Shown: piece by piece, positions 1 to 9,339 of the stretch
How the letters are laid out: every line of letters starts with the position of its first letter
Numbering within the stretch: position 1 is the stretch's first letter
Source: Candidatus Dormiibacterota bacterium
Lineage (GTDB): Archaea; Thermoproteota; Bathyarchaeia; 40CM-2-53-6
DNA: 64,000 nucleotides
Direction: 5' to 3'
Assembly: GCA_035637535.1 (NCBI GenBank)
Contig: DASPWZ010000027.1
Span: 856-64,855 of the forward strand
Program-made: the position numbers and the translations under genes
Notes under the pieces: model-generated
Told to the model about the DNA's origin: nothing
The model's database searches: none
What the model saw: the letters and a program-made list of their open reading frames with translations, nothing else

Positions 1-84
1 GCTAAGAAGGAGCCTGATATCAAACCATTGCTCAAGGGTCTGATAAAATATGGTGTCGAAGAAGGAGAAGAAGACTCGGAGTAA
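1..84 (+). CDS. 3' end of an upstream ORF running off the window edge (possibly topoisomerase VI subunit B, judged by operon context only)
   Basis: Frame 1 is open from base 1 to the TAA at 82-84 (AKKEPDIKPLLKGLIKYGVEEGEEDSE*). It overlaps the top6A start at 50. The identity is inferred from the frequent top6B/top6A adjacency, not from sequence. Confidence 0.3.
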   Translation, partial: AKKEPDIKPLLKGLIKYGVEEGEEDSE

Positions 85-1174
85 AGGGGTCGTCAAGGAG
101 AGGAAGGATCACGTCCTCTCCTCCCTAGAACAGCTTGGGGGCCAAGTGTATGATCAACTGGCGAAAAAGGAGTTTCCAACTGTCAAGATGCCGAGCAGGT
201 CTATTGCGAACATAATCTACGATGAAAAGACTCAGCAGTATATTCTTGGGAAGAGGAATGTGAAGAGGAGCGCGCGTAATGTCCGGCATGTTCGTCCGTT
301 TACGCAGCTGCTCTGGACTGCTATGTTCACGGATGAGCTGACGGAGCAGAACAAGACCAGTACTCTACGGGACGTTTTCTACTCTGCTCAAGCCTACGAG
401 ATGGACTTTCAGGATCAACAAGAGAGCGACAATCTCATCACAGATCTCGAGACTGTTACAGGGTTTTCGCGAGAGGATTTCAACGTGTTTCCTGAAGAGC
501 GCAGTGCGATTTTCGGGGATTTGACCGTCGAGTATACGGTGCCGGGATATGAGGGCCGGACGCTCAATCTATCATCACATCCGGATGGGGTGATGATCGG
601 CCCCGCTCTTACGACCTCAGAGTTTGTCCGGCCGGACAAGAAAAAAGTGGACAAGGTAATAGCGATTGAGAAAGGTGGACTATTTACGAGGTTTATTGAG
701 GAGCGGGTCCACCAACGGTTCAACGCGGTCCTAATTCACACAGCAGGCCAGGCGCCTAGGGCGACACGCTTTCTCCTTCGAAGACTCAATCAGGAATTGG
801 ACCTTCCAGTCTACATTTTCACCGACGGAGATCCTTGGGGAATGCACATCGCCATGGTCATTATTTCTGGGTCGGCGAATGCGGCACATCTGAGAGAGTT
901 GAATACTCCTGACGCGATCTGGGGTGGAGTCTGGGCCACGGATATTGTCGACTATAAGCTGCCAAGCGACCCACTGACAGATTTGGATCTAAAGCGGTTG
1001 AATGAGCTTGAGAAGGATCCGCGCTATGCGGGAGGACTCTGGCAAAGAGAGATCGACACGTTCAGAAAAGTCCGGAAGAAGTCGGAACAAGAAGCATTCA
1101 GCAGATACGGACTAACATACATTGTGGACGAATACCTGCCCAAGAAGCTGAAGATCAAATCAAACGAATCCTAG
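50..1174 (+). CDS. top6A: DNA topoisomerase VI subunit A (Spo11 family)
   Basis: 374-aa ORF. It has the Toprim acidic motif YIFTDGDPWGMHIA, IEKGGLF, and a catalytic-Tyr region LRDVFYSAQ. Length and layout are typical of Top6A. Confidence 0.9.
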   Translation: MVSKKEKKTRSKGVVKERKDHVLSSLEQLGGQVYDQLAKKEFPTVKMPSRSIANIIYDEKTQQYILGKRNVKRSARNVRHVRPFTQLLWTAMFTDELTEQNKTSTLRDVFYSAQAYEMDFQDQQESDNLITDLETVTGFSREDFNVFPEERSAIFGDLTVEYTVPGYEGRTLNLSSHPDGVMIGPALTTSEFVRPDKKKVDKVIAIEKGGLFTRFIEERVHQRFNAVLIHTAGQAPRATRFLLRRLNQELDLPVYIFTDGDPWGMHIAMVIISGSANAAHLRELNTPDAIWGGVWATDIVDYKLPSDPLTDLDLKRLNELEKDPRYAGGLWQREIDTFRKVRKKSEQEAFSRYGLTYIVDEYLPKKLKIKSNES

Positions 1175-1521
1175 GCAAGCGGATTCAGATGCGGTTATTG
1201 ACAGACCGAGTTTGTTAGCATGGAACCGGAAATAGGAAACTCCGGATCTGTGCCACGAGAGAGACACGCATACCTAAATTCCTAGAATTTTCGGGTCCGC
1301 AGAATTTAGCATGCAAATGAGGTCGTGGACGGCTGGCTCATCAGTTGAATTCCCGGGAGGATTAACATGATTACGAGCAAGTTTCCAATTCTAAGGCGAT
1401 TCCAAGGCGATTTGCATGGGACTGTTAGAGACCAAGCTTAGCGTCGGTGAGTGAGTCAGCATGCGGCCTCGATTCTTGACAGTCGGGATGGACCCTTGGT
1501 CGAAAGTTAAGGTCGGCTGAT

Positions 1522-2472
1522 TCAGAAAACGAAATTCCATCCTCCTTTCAAATTGTCTAACCATGTTTGGTTCTGCAGGTCACTGTTATTCTCGAAGAGT
1601 ATGCGACCACCATAATCGGCAATCTCGCCCAAGTTCCACATATGTCCATAGAATTCAACGACATCTCGATTAATACTGGTGTCTTCAGAAAATCTACGAT
1701 AGCCTCTCATGACAGGTTCAATGTTGTCCTTGAAGAACAAAAGGTCCTTTTCCTTGGGAGCAAAAATCGGCTCATCCCAATCGAGAAGATATACTTCGTT
1801 ATTGTCAGAAGACAGAACATTGCCCGGGGATGGCTCACCATGACAATTAACGAATTCCAGGTCCATTTTCCTTACCTCTCGCTGGAGTTCTCTCAGTCTT
1901 GCTAACTCCTGCATGAACTTCTCCCTATGGGGTTCAAGGAAAAATCTAATCTTTCTCTGGTATTCCGTCGAATCGTCATTCAGCCTACCCATTTCTCTAA
2001 AAACAGCCAAGAATTTGTCTTCGAGTGAAATTTCAAAATTCTCCTTCACGGAATATTCCCCGACGACTTTCTTCGATTGATGTATCTTGGCCAACAGTTC
2101 GCCAAGTTTTTCCAATTGGCTACCATTGAACCGACTCTCCTCCGCCGTTTTACCAGCAATCAGTCTGAAAAGCGCAATGTAAGATTCACCAGTTCTTATT
2201 CGCAGCTGACCCGACTTGGCTGTAACCGGATGTGCGACGTTCGCAATACCAACTTTGTAAAAGAGGTCGTAAGCGAACCTAAAGGCGGAGTCGGGAATAT
2301 TATCATTAGCATAAATTTTCAGGAGAAATCTCTTGTGATCTAGTCCTTCAATCAAGTATCCTCTTGCAGCTTCGACTTTCCGAACAAGCGTCATGGAGGA
2401 TATGCCGATTCCAAATTCCTCCTGAATGACCTTCTTGAGCAATGAGTTGTCTATCTCAGACTCGGTCAGCAT
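1522..2472 (-). CDS. Aminoglycoside/choline-kinase-like phosphotransferase family protein
   Basis: 316-aa ORF. A Brenner-like motif CHGEPSPGNVL is followed by YLLDWDEPIF (the HxDxxxxN ... DWD pattern of the APH/ChoK fold). Glu sits where the catalytic Asp is expected. Confidence 0.65.
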   Translation of the reverse strand: MLTESEIDNSLLKKVIQEEFGIGISSMTLVRKVEAARGYLIEGLDHKRFLLKIYANDNIPDSAFRFAYDLFYKVGIANVAHPVTAKSGQLRIRTGESYIALFRLIAGKTAEESRFNGSQLEKLGELLAKIHQSKKVVGEYSVKENFEISLEDKFLAVFREMGRLNDDSTEYQRKIRFFLEPHREKFMQELARLRELQREVRKMDLEFVNCHGEPSPGNVLSSDNNEVYLLDWDEPIFAPKEKDLLFFKDNIEPVMRGYRRFSEDTSINRDVVEFYGHMWNLGEIADYGGRILFENNSDLQNQTWLDNLKGGWNFVF

Positions 2473-2582
2473 CCTGTTTTTCTACCCCGCTGGAAATGCT
2501 AATCGGGCGCGAATCCCTAAACATTCTCGCTTAATAGGACCCTCGAGTGGGTCTTCAGGAAGCCCTTCCCGGTTTGTCAACC

Positions 2583-2855
2583 ATGGCCAAAGAGGTCCGA
2601 GTCTTCCTGAACTTGTTCGTCGAATCCAAGGAACTCGAAAACGTAACCCAGAGCCTCGTCAAACTCCCCGAAGTAACCGACGTGTACGAGGTAACAGGCG
2701 AATACGACATTGTTTGCATGCTAAAAGTGGAGAGCATCCTCGCCTTCCGTAACGTCCTAAAAGACAAAGTTCTCAAGATCAACGGAGTCAGAAGCACCGT
2801 CTCATCAGTAGTCCTCTACGAACACAAACGAGAAGGAAACCCGGTCTCAGAGTGA
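2583..2855 (+). CDS. Stand-alone Lrp/AsnC ligand-binding (RAM) domain protein
   Basis: VRVFLNLFVESKELENVTQSLVKLPEVTDVYEVTGEYDIVCMLKVESILAFRNVLKDKVLKINGVRSTVSSVVL matches the AsnC-type effector domain with no HTH. I start it at ATG 2583. The open frame extends up to GTG 2547. Confidence 0.7.
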   Translation: MAKEVRVFLNLFVESKELENVTQSLVKLPEVTDVYEVTGEYDIVCMLKVESILAFRNVLKDKVLKINGVRSTVSSVVLYEHKREGNPVSE

Positions 2856-3020
2856 TCAATCCTGTACCTAGATCTGCGTGATTGTGAGGGAAAGAAAAGA
2901 TAAATATTGTATCTAGGACAACGCCCGCTTTAGGGACGGATCAAATTGGGTGAACTTCTTCCAGATTCACCTCCACCGCTCTAGACCTTTTTCCGAGCAA
3001 CAAGCCGGACGGGTACTCCA

Positions 3021-4466
3021 ATGAGCACCAAAGACCTCGGTATCACTGTAAAGAAGGCCGCCGATCTCTCGGAATGGTACACTCAGGTCGTTACCAAGGC
3101 TCAGCTGGCCGACTACTCGAGCGCTAAAGGATTCATGGTCCTGATGCCCCACGGGTTCTCCATTTGGGAGAGCATCAAAGAACACTTCGACAAGAGGATC
3201 AAGGAGATCGGGCACCGGAACGCATACTTCCCCCTACTCATACCTGAACGGTTACTGAAGAGAGAGGCTGAACATTTCGAGGGCTTCACTCCTGAGGTCT
3301 TCTGGGTCACTCATTCAGGCAACAATGAACTCGGCGAGCGGCTCGCGATCAGGCCGACCTCTGAGACGATAATCAACGAGGCGTACAGCAGATGGGTGAA
3401 GAGCTGGCGGGACTTGCCCGTACTCATCAACGTCTGGAACTCGGTCTTACGCGCCGAGATTACTTCGACCAAACCGTTCATCCGCACGACAGAGTTCCTC
3501 TGGCAGGAAGGCCATACCGTGCACGAGAGTGAGGAGGAAGCGGAGAAAGAAGTCATGACGATTCTCGAGATCTACCGAAAGCTCGTGGAAGACCAGATTG
3601 CGATACCTGTCTTGGTTGGGAAGAAGACTGAGCGGGAGAAGTTCAAGGGCGCAGTCTACACGACGACTCTGGAGGCCATGATGCCGGATGGGAAGGCGAT
3701 CCAGATGGGAACCAGCCACCACCTGGGACAGAATTTCTCCAAACCCTTCGAGATCAAATATCTAGGCAAGGACGAGAAGGAACATTTCGCCTGGACCACC
3801 TCTTGGGGGATCAGTTGGAGACTCATAGGAGCAATGATCATGGCCCACGGAGACGACAAGGGATTGGTCCTCCCCCCTCGAGTAGCGCCTACGCAGGTCG
3901 TGTTCGTCCCGATTCACTACAAGGAATCCGACAAGACAGTCATACTAGAAGCCGCTCATCACATCGCCGACGGTCTGGGGAAGCATTCCATCCGGACCTA
4001 CGTTGACGATCGGGAGCAGTATACTCCGGGCTGGAAGTATCACGAGTGGGAGATGAAAGGAGTACCCCTCAGGGTCGAGATAGGACCCCGGGATATGGAA
4101 TCGAAACAGATCACACTCGTAAGACGAGATACTGGAAAGAAGACGGCAGTACCTCAAGCGGATTCCGTCACTCACATAGTCGGTATGCTGGACGAGATTC
4201 AACAATCGCTTCTCCACAAGGCCAAAGAGACCCAAGCCAAACTTACGACCACTGCGAATAACATGAAGGAATTCGCGCACATCATAGAAACCACTGGCGG
4301 GTTCGTCAAAGCCTTCCTATCCGAAGACAACGACTGCGAAGAAAGAATCAAACTGGAAACAGGAGCAACCGTCAGAATCGTCCCCTTCAAAGAATCCGCC
4401 AGAGGACTGTGTGTCTATTGTGGAGCTCGGAACTCGAGAGAAGTAGTCTTCGCAAGATCATATTAG
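3021..4466 (+). CDS. proS: Prolyl-tRNA synthetase (archaeal/eukaryotic type)
   Basis: 481 aa. Class II motifs include LAIRPTSET and WQEGHT, with a C-terminal Zn-type domain (CVYCG). The overall ProRS layout is present. Confidence 0.95.
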   Translation: MSTKDLGITVKKAADLSEWYTQVVTKAQLADYSSAKGFMVLMPHGFSIWESIKEHFDKRIKEIGHRNAYFPLLIPERLLKREAEHFEGFTPEVFWVTHSGNNELGERLAIRPTSETIINEAYSRWVKSWRDLPVLINVWNSVLRAEITSTKPFIRTTEFLWQEGHTVHESEEEAEKEVMTILEIYRKLVEDQIAIPVLVGKKTEREKFKGAVYTTTLEAMMPDGKAIQMGTSHHLGQNFSKPFEIKYLGKDEKEHFAWTTSWGISWRLIGAMIMAHGDDKGLVLPPRVAPTQVVFVPIHYKESDKTVILEAAHHIADGLGKHSIRTYVDDREQYTPGWKYHEWEMKGVPLRVEIGPRDMESKQITLVRRDTGKKTAVPQADSVTHIVGMLDEIQQSLLHKAKETQAKLTTTANNMKEFAHIIETTGGFVKAFLSEDNDCEERIKLETGATVRIVPFKESARGLCVYCGARNSREVVFARSY

Positions 4467-4854
4467 AACGACGAAGAAGCGCCAGCCCGCGCGTTTGGGC
4501 CTATTCCCAGTTGAGGCCGCACGCGAGTTCATCTCGCTACCGACTACAGATTGCCCTTTCTTAGCGCATCATCGCCTATCGTGAACTTGTCGCTTAGGTG
4601 GGCTGTTTTGCGCGAATGGCCTTCCCCACATTGAGGGCATCGTTGATTCGTCTTGTTTCCCTCAGGAACAATTGATTTCAGTGATTGGATTTTAAGTAGT
4701 TCATGAGTCACTCAAATGAGTACAAATTGGGCGGCGACATATGCGCCGTAGCCTACTCGGAAATAGAAACAACCGTGATAGATAAGGCGTCCTGTTCTGA
4801 ACCCAATCAATGGCTCAGTCTATGTCGGTGATTTCGTTGAAAACGCCACAGATA

Positions 4855-5781
4855 CTAGTGGACAGGTGACGCATCGATATGATTGTAGACCCAAACAGCA
4901 CGCTGGAATAACTCAGTTCGAGATATCCGGAATTTGGAAAGTCCGGTTTTTCGAGAGGCCAGCGATGCGAAGGCTGAGCCCACAGAAGACGCCCAGGATG
5001 GATCCTTCGTCGAGAGATAGGTGCTCAGCCAGGACCCGGCGAAGACATCTCCAGCACCAGTTGAATCGCGAATGCCACGATCTGGAAAGGCAGGTACAAA
5101 GTACGGGTCCTCATGTTGTGAGCCTAGCCAAGACCCTCTTTCACCCATAGTTACAATTGCGTACTGCGCTTGCATTGCGAGAAATCGGCTCAAGATGGCT
5201 CTCGGATCACGAGATCTCACCTGTGAGCGTGCCTCCTCGATTGAGGCTTGAACCATGTCGCACTGACCAAGTAAGCGACTGAGACGACGCGGAACGATGC
5301 GAACTAGGCCGTTGCCAGATGTTTTACGTATGAACCCTTGAAGGTCTACCGATAGAAAATCGCATCTTTTTCGGAGAGTCTTGACGAGAGAACTCGATAT
5401 TTCATTGAAGACAGGTCCCAGGTGGACGCCTTGGAAACCGCCGGTTCTTCGCGAGGTCACGATTTGCTCACCAGGCTCGAGCAGTTGGAGTTTTCGGGAT
5501 CCATTGATTCGAGTTATTCGGAATCTGGTGGAAGGTCGCGCACTCTCTCTCAGAAAGAAGGAATCTACATGGAGGGTCCTGAGACGTCTCAGGATACTTG
5601 GAGGATAGTCTTTGCCAATATTCCCAAGAATCCCGACCCTTGATCCCAGGTAAGCTGCTGCGCATGACGTAAACAGTGCACTACCTCCAGGCGATATGTG
5701 CACCCTACGGTTCTGGACTAGTTCATCGATAGTCGGGTTGCCGCATACTACGATGTCCATTTTGCCACGCCGGCCTTCCAT
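4855..5781 (-). CDS. PfkB-family carbohydrate kinase (ribokinase-like; candidate KDG or sugar kinase)
   Basis: 308 aa. It has an N-terminal di-Gly region (SPGGSALF) and the C-terminal PfkB signature DSTGAGDVFAGSW. Confidence 0.8.
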   Translation of the reverse strand: MEGRRGKMDIVVCGNPTIDELVQNRRVHISPGGSALFTSCAAAYLGSRVGILGNIGKDYPPSILRRLRTLHVDSFFLRESARPSTRFRITRINGSRKLQLLEPGEQIVTSRRTGGFQGVHLGPVFNEISSSLVKTLRKRCDFLSVDLQGFIRKTSGNGLVRIVPRRLSRLLGQCDMVQASIEEARSQVRSRDPRAILSRFLAMQAQYAIVTMGERGSWLGSQHEDPYFVPAFPDRGIRDSTGAGDVFAGSWLSTYLSTKDPSWASSVGSAFASLASRKTGLSKFRISRTELFQRAVWVYNHIDASPVH

Positions 5782-5845
5782 GACTGAGCCCTCAGCAAGA
5801 GGTTAATAGTAAAGACCCCGCTCTTACTCTTGGAAGTATAGAGAG

Positions 5846-6145
5846 ATGCCGAAGAAAAGACGATCTCGAGGACGCAGCAAGGGCGGAAAAGGCCGAAGCG
5901 AACTAGTACAATGCTCAAACTGTGGGATGTTGAGTCCTAGAGACAAGATGAAGCGAGTTACTTCTTGGGTGTCCCTTGTTGAGCCCACGTTGGCTAAGGA
6001 GCTGCGGGCAAGAGGGGCGTACATTGCGCGCCAGCGAGTCATGAAGAACCTGTGCGTCTCCTGTGCAGTCCACTTCGGAGTATCCAAAGTCCGATCGGCG
6101 GACGAAAGACGCGGACCTCAACACTTCAGCCAGTCATCGCGATAA
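5846..6145 (+). CDS. rps26e: 30S ribosomal protein S26e
   Basis: MPKKRRSRGRSKGGKGRSELVQCSNCG...CVSCAVH is the characteristic basic N-terminus and Cys pattern of S26e. A TATA-like GTTAATAGTAAAG lies about 35 nt upstream. Confidence 0.9.
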   Translation: MPKKRRSRGRSKGGKGRSELVQCSNCGMLSPRDKMKRVTSWVSLVEPTLAKELRARGAYIARQRVMKNLCVSCAVHFGVSKVRSADERRGPQHFSQSSR

Positions 6146-6724
6146 AGCCCTAGAGGCCCTATAGACCCTATCGACTACAGTAATCGAAGCTAGTACTGCG
6201 ATCAGCAAGACCCCCCAAAAAAGAAAGCCATGAGAGAGTGGCCAGACCAAGGTCGCGAACGCAAGTATCAGAAGCCTTTCGGGTCGTTCCGCGATCCCTA
6301 TGCCTTTCAACGTCACGCCTTCGGCCGCGACTCGTGCTCTGACATAGCTGACCATCAATGCCGCCGACATAGCCCATAACGCAAGCCAGAACGATATGAG
6401 AGCTCCAGCCGCCAGCCCAGCGTAGACCGCAATTTCGCCCAACCTATCAAGTACGCTATCAAGGACCCCTCCGAACTTCGAAACCTTCGCATACTTCCGC
6501 GCCATCGCTCCATCGACCGCATCGAGGAATCCAGCAATCACTAGAACAAGGATGGCCGCTCCCCATTCCCAACCGGACAAGCCTCCCCAGTACAAGACGG
6601 AAGCGACGAGCCACAGAAGGAAACCAAGCGCAGTCAGTGAATTTGGTGAAAGTCCCGCTCTATGGAAGAGTCTGGATGAAGATTGGAAGATCCCTTCAAC
6701 CAAGTATTGGATTCGTGACAGCAT
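6134..6724 (-). CDS. CDP-alcohol phosphatidyltransferase (archaeal polar-lipid head-group synthase)
   Basis: It carries the family motif D-G-x2-A-R-x8-G-x3-D-x3-D, seen as DAVDGAMARKYAKVSKFGGVLDSVLDRLGE. The protein is multi-TM. Its 3' end overlaps rps26e convergently by 12 nt. Confidence 0.85.
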   Translation of the reverse strand: MLSRIQYLVEGIFQSSSRLFHRAGLSPNSLTALGFLLWLVASVLYWGGLSGWEWGAAILVLVIAGFLDAVDGAMARKYAKVSKFGGVLDSVLDRLGEIAVYAGLAAGALISFWLALWAMSAALMVSYVRARVAAEGVTLKGIGIAERPERLLILAFATLVWPLSHGFLFWGVLLIAVLASITVVDRVYRASRALSR

Positions 6725-6822
6725 AACTGCCTGTCCTCGATGAAATCTGCCTCTTTAGAGGATTGTCCTCTTTCTACGAAACTTTCTATTAGGGCTGAAA
6801 AGGTTCGTGTCTGGGTTAGGTC

Positions 6823-7029
6823 TTGGGAAAGGTCGGTAAAGGAGTCAAATGCTCGGTTGTCGGCTGCGCAGGAGACGCCATTAGATCCGTCTCGCCCGAC
6901 GATATCTCGAGAGCCGGCCTTCAAGTCTCCACATCAGGCAGGGGCTACCTTTGCAAGAATCACTACAAGGAGATGAAGAAGAAGACGCGCAAGGATAAAC
7001 AGGTTGAGAGATGGAGGTTCGGACCATGA
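6823..7029 (+). CDS. Small basic Cys/His (putative zinc-binding) protein, translationally coupled to thrS
   Basis: 68 aa with a TTG start. It has CSVVGC ... CKNH and a Lys/Arg-rich tail. Its stop overlaps the thrS ATG as ATGA at 7026-7029. Confidence 0.45.
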   Translation: MGKVGKGVKCSVVGCAGDAIRSVSPDDISRAGLQVSTSGRGYLCKNHYKEMKKKTRKDKQVERWRFGP

Positions 7030-8876
7030 GACTCCTTCTCATTCATGCTGACAAGTTCGAGTACGAGTCAAAGGAGAAAGCCGTCAAAGAACCTGAATCG
7101 ATCCCGGACCATGCCAAGAAGGGCACATTGCAAGACGGGCTTGTCGTGTTCACTACAGTGGAGAAGGAGGACGAGCAATCTCCCAAGAATACCGCAACCA
7201 ACGCCGCGGCTTCAATCGAGGAAGTTCTCGGCTGGCTCAAAACCAACCGCGTAATGATCTATCCATACGCCCACCTCTCAACCGACTTGGCAGGTCGTGA
7301 ACCTGCCATTGAGACTCTGAAAATTCTCGAAGGCAAACTCGCTGAGAAAGGATACGAAGTAAGCAGAGCACCGTTCGGATGGTACAAGAGCTTCACAATA
7401 TCGGCCAAGGGCCACCCGCTTTCCGAACTGTCAAGAACTGTCACCTCAGGGCTGCAGACTCGTCATGTCTCGGCACAGCTCAAGAGTGAGTACGTGGTCA
7501 TGGACGAGAAGGGAGAACTTCACTCTCCCGAGGCATTCCAGTACGGTCCCGGAATGAAAGAGTTCGAATCTCTCGTCGAGAAAGAGGCGCTCAAGAAGGG
7601 CCTGACTGGGGGAGAGCCACGCTATCTCGAATACGCCCGACGGTTCGGGCTAGAATGGGAGTCGTACGCCGATCTTGGCCAGATGCGGTTCGGACCCGAA
7701 TCCGATATGATAATTCAGCTGCTTTCCGACTACGCGAACATGGTCATCAGGAGAATCGGGATCCCGATCCTCAATGTTAGGGGGACCAACATGTTCGATG
7801 TGGATGTCAGGCCGATCAAGGAACATCTTCAGCTGTTCGGCTCACGAGCCTACGAGCTAGACGTGGACGAACGCACCTTCGTACTCCGCTACGCGGCTTG
7901 CTTCCAACAATTCTCCATGGTGAAGGACTGGACCCTCAGCTACCGAACCCTACCCTTCGGCACCTTCGAAGTCGCAGACAGCTACCGGATGGAACAGAGC
8001 GGAGAGCTACTCCTATCCTTCCGGCTCCGAAAATTCCTGATGCCGGATCTACACATCTATCTCAAGAATCTGAGCGAGGCAATTGACGTGGGGAGAAAAG
8101 TTCACGACACAATCTACGAGGAGATTCGTAAGATTCACCGAGAATACGTCTCCATTCACAATACTACTCGATCGTTCTTCCAGCAGAACAAGGACCTCTT
8201 CGTCGAAATGGCGCGAGTGGAGAAAAAGCCACTCCTTCTGAACTTCGTTCCTGAAGGTCACTATTACTGGGTCCTTAACGTGGAGTACAACATCATTGAC
8301 GATCTAGATAGGCCAAGAGAGATTGGCACCTTCCAGATTGACGTGGGAAACGCGCAACGATTCGACATCCACTACGCCAACGAAAAAGGGGAAAGAGAGT
8401 ACCCCGTGATCATACACACTGCCGTCATAGGCGGATTGGAAAGATACCTATTCGCACTTCTAGATTCTGCTGTTCAGATGGAAAGACAGGGCAAGAAACC
8501 GATGCTCCCCGTCTGGGTATCCCCGGTCCATGCTAGAGTGATACCTCTCTCGAAGCAATTGGTGAAAGATGGGATGTTGATCCTAGAGAAGCTCGAGGAG
8601 GCAGGGATCAGAGCCGATTTGGACGATCGAGACGACACCCTTCAGAGCAGAATTAGAGATGCAGAACTGAGCTGGGTCCCATACATCGTTGTCTTTGGCG
8701 AGAGAGAACTCAAATCGGAAAAATTGTCGGTCCGAACTAGGGAGGACGGAAAGGAGATCAAGACATCTATGCCGGAACTTGTCTCAAGAATAAAGTCGGA
8801 GACCCAAGGATATCCATCCAGAGCGCTCACCTATCCTAAGCTGCTGTCTCAACGGCCAGGCTACAAGAAGAACTAG
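7026..8876 (+). CDS. thrS: Threonyl-tRNA synthetase, archaeal type with N-terminal editing domain
   Basis: It starts MRLLLIHADKFEYESKEK, the archaeal DTD-like editing domain. This is followed by a class II catalytic core and a C-terminal anticodon-binding domain. I prefer ATG 7026 over the upstream 7011 start. Confidence 0.93.
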   Translation: MRLLLIHADKFEYESKEKAVKEPESIPDHAKKGTLQDGLVVFTTVEKEDEQSPKNTATNAAASIEEVLGWLKTNRVMIYPYAHLSTDLAGREPAIETLKILEGKLAEKGYEVSRAPFGWYKSFTISAKGHPLSELSRTVTSGLQTRHVSAQLKSEYVVMDEKGELHSPEAFQYGPGMKEFESLVEKEALKKGLTGGEPRYLEYARRFGLEWESYADLGQMRFGPESDMIIQLLSDYANMVIRRIGIPILNVRGTNMFDVDVRPIKEHLQLFGSRAYELDVDERTFVLRYAACFQQFSMVKDWTLSYRTLPFGTFEVADSYRMEQSGELLLSFRLRKFLMPDLHIYLKNLSEAIDVGRKVHDTIYEEIRKIHREYVSIHNTTRSFFQQNKDLFVEMARVEKKPLLLNFVPEGHYYWVLNVEYNIIDDLDRPREIGTFQIDVGNAQRFDIHYANEKGEREYPVIIHTAVIGGLERYLFALLDSAVQMERQGKKPMLPVWVSPVHARVIPLSKQLVKDGMLILEKLEEAGIRADLDDRDDTLQSRIRDAELSWVPYIVVFGERELKSEKLSVRTREDGKEIKTSMPELVSRIKSETQGYPSRALTYPKLLSQRPGYKKN

Positions 8877-8915
8877 AAAGAATCTTACAAGGTACTGCAT
8901 TTATATACAGACATT

Positions 8916-9236
8916 ATGCGCACAAACGCAAAGGATGATCTGAAAGTGAACAAGGACCAGTCCTATGGCGGACTCATCTTCGTTATCTCAGTCCTAGTTT
9001 TCATCGGGTATATTGTAGCACTAACAAACTCCGCTTGGAGGCCATGGGTCCTAGGAGCGCCAGTGGTTTTGGCTGTTCTAGGAGTCTTGGGAATAACAGG
9101 GTGGATAGGATGGACTATGCTCACAACCCCACCACCGGCGCCACTCGAAGCTGAGATGGGATCGCAGCCAAGCGGGACAACGAGCACAAGTTCTGCAAGT
9201 GGCTCGTCCTCCTCGAAAACTGACGAGAAGCATTAG
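8916..9236 (+). CDS. Small membrane protein (2 TM) with Ser/Thr-rich tail
   Basis: 106 aa. It has two hydrophobic helices (GGLIFVISVLVFIGYIVAL and VVLAVLGVLGITGWIGW) and a low-complexity tail. The start is uncertain because the TATA-like TTTATATA at 8900-8907 is very close to the ATG. Confidence 0.45.
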   Translation: MRTNAKDDLKVNKDQSYGGLIFVISVLVFIGYIVALTNSAWRPWVLGAPVVLAVLGVLGITGWIGWTMLTTPPPAPLEAEMGSQPSGTTSTSSASGSSSSKTDEKH

Positions 9237-9339
9237 CAACTCTCTGTCTTAGTACGGTAACTGTCTCCAAATCCTTAGAGTTACATCACCCATAATGGGG
9301 CCTCCGAACCCCTAAGGCTCAACTTTAGGGGCAGATGAG

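Noticed and set aside
415-723. Numerous 60-130-aa ORFs antisense to, or out of frame within, well-supported long genes throughout the window (for example 415..723, 3311..3556, 20688..21074, 28096..28482, 37977..38369, 41433..42164).
   Set aside because: Each is fully nested in a longer ORF with clear family motifs. Their compositions (Arg/Ser/Pro/Cys-rich) are typical of non-coding frames in ~50% GC DNA.
1330-1350. C-box-like TGATGA on the minus strand, which could mark a C/D box sRNA.
   Set aside because: No matching D box (CTGA) or C'/D' boxes occur at appropriate spacing, and there is no terminal stem.
2426-2752. 108-aa plus-strand ORF overlapping the Lrp/AsnC RAM-domain gene.
   Set aside because: It has an Arg/Pro/Ser-rich composition typical of an off-frame translation. 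The alternative frame gives a recognisable AsnC-type domain.
4544-4711. 55-aa minus-strand ORF (GTG start) containing CPQCGEGH in the proS-pfkB intergenic region.
   Set aside because: It has only one CxxC pair, no second metal-binding pair, no recognisable family and no promoter evidence. The support is too weak to call.
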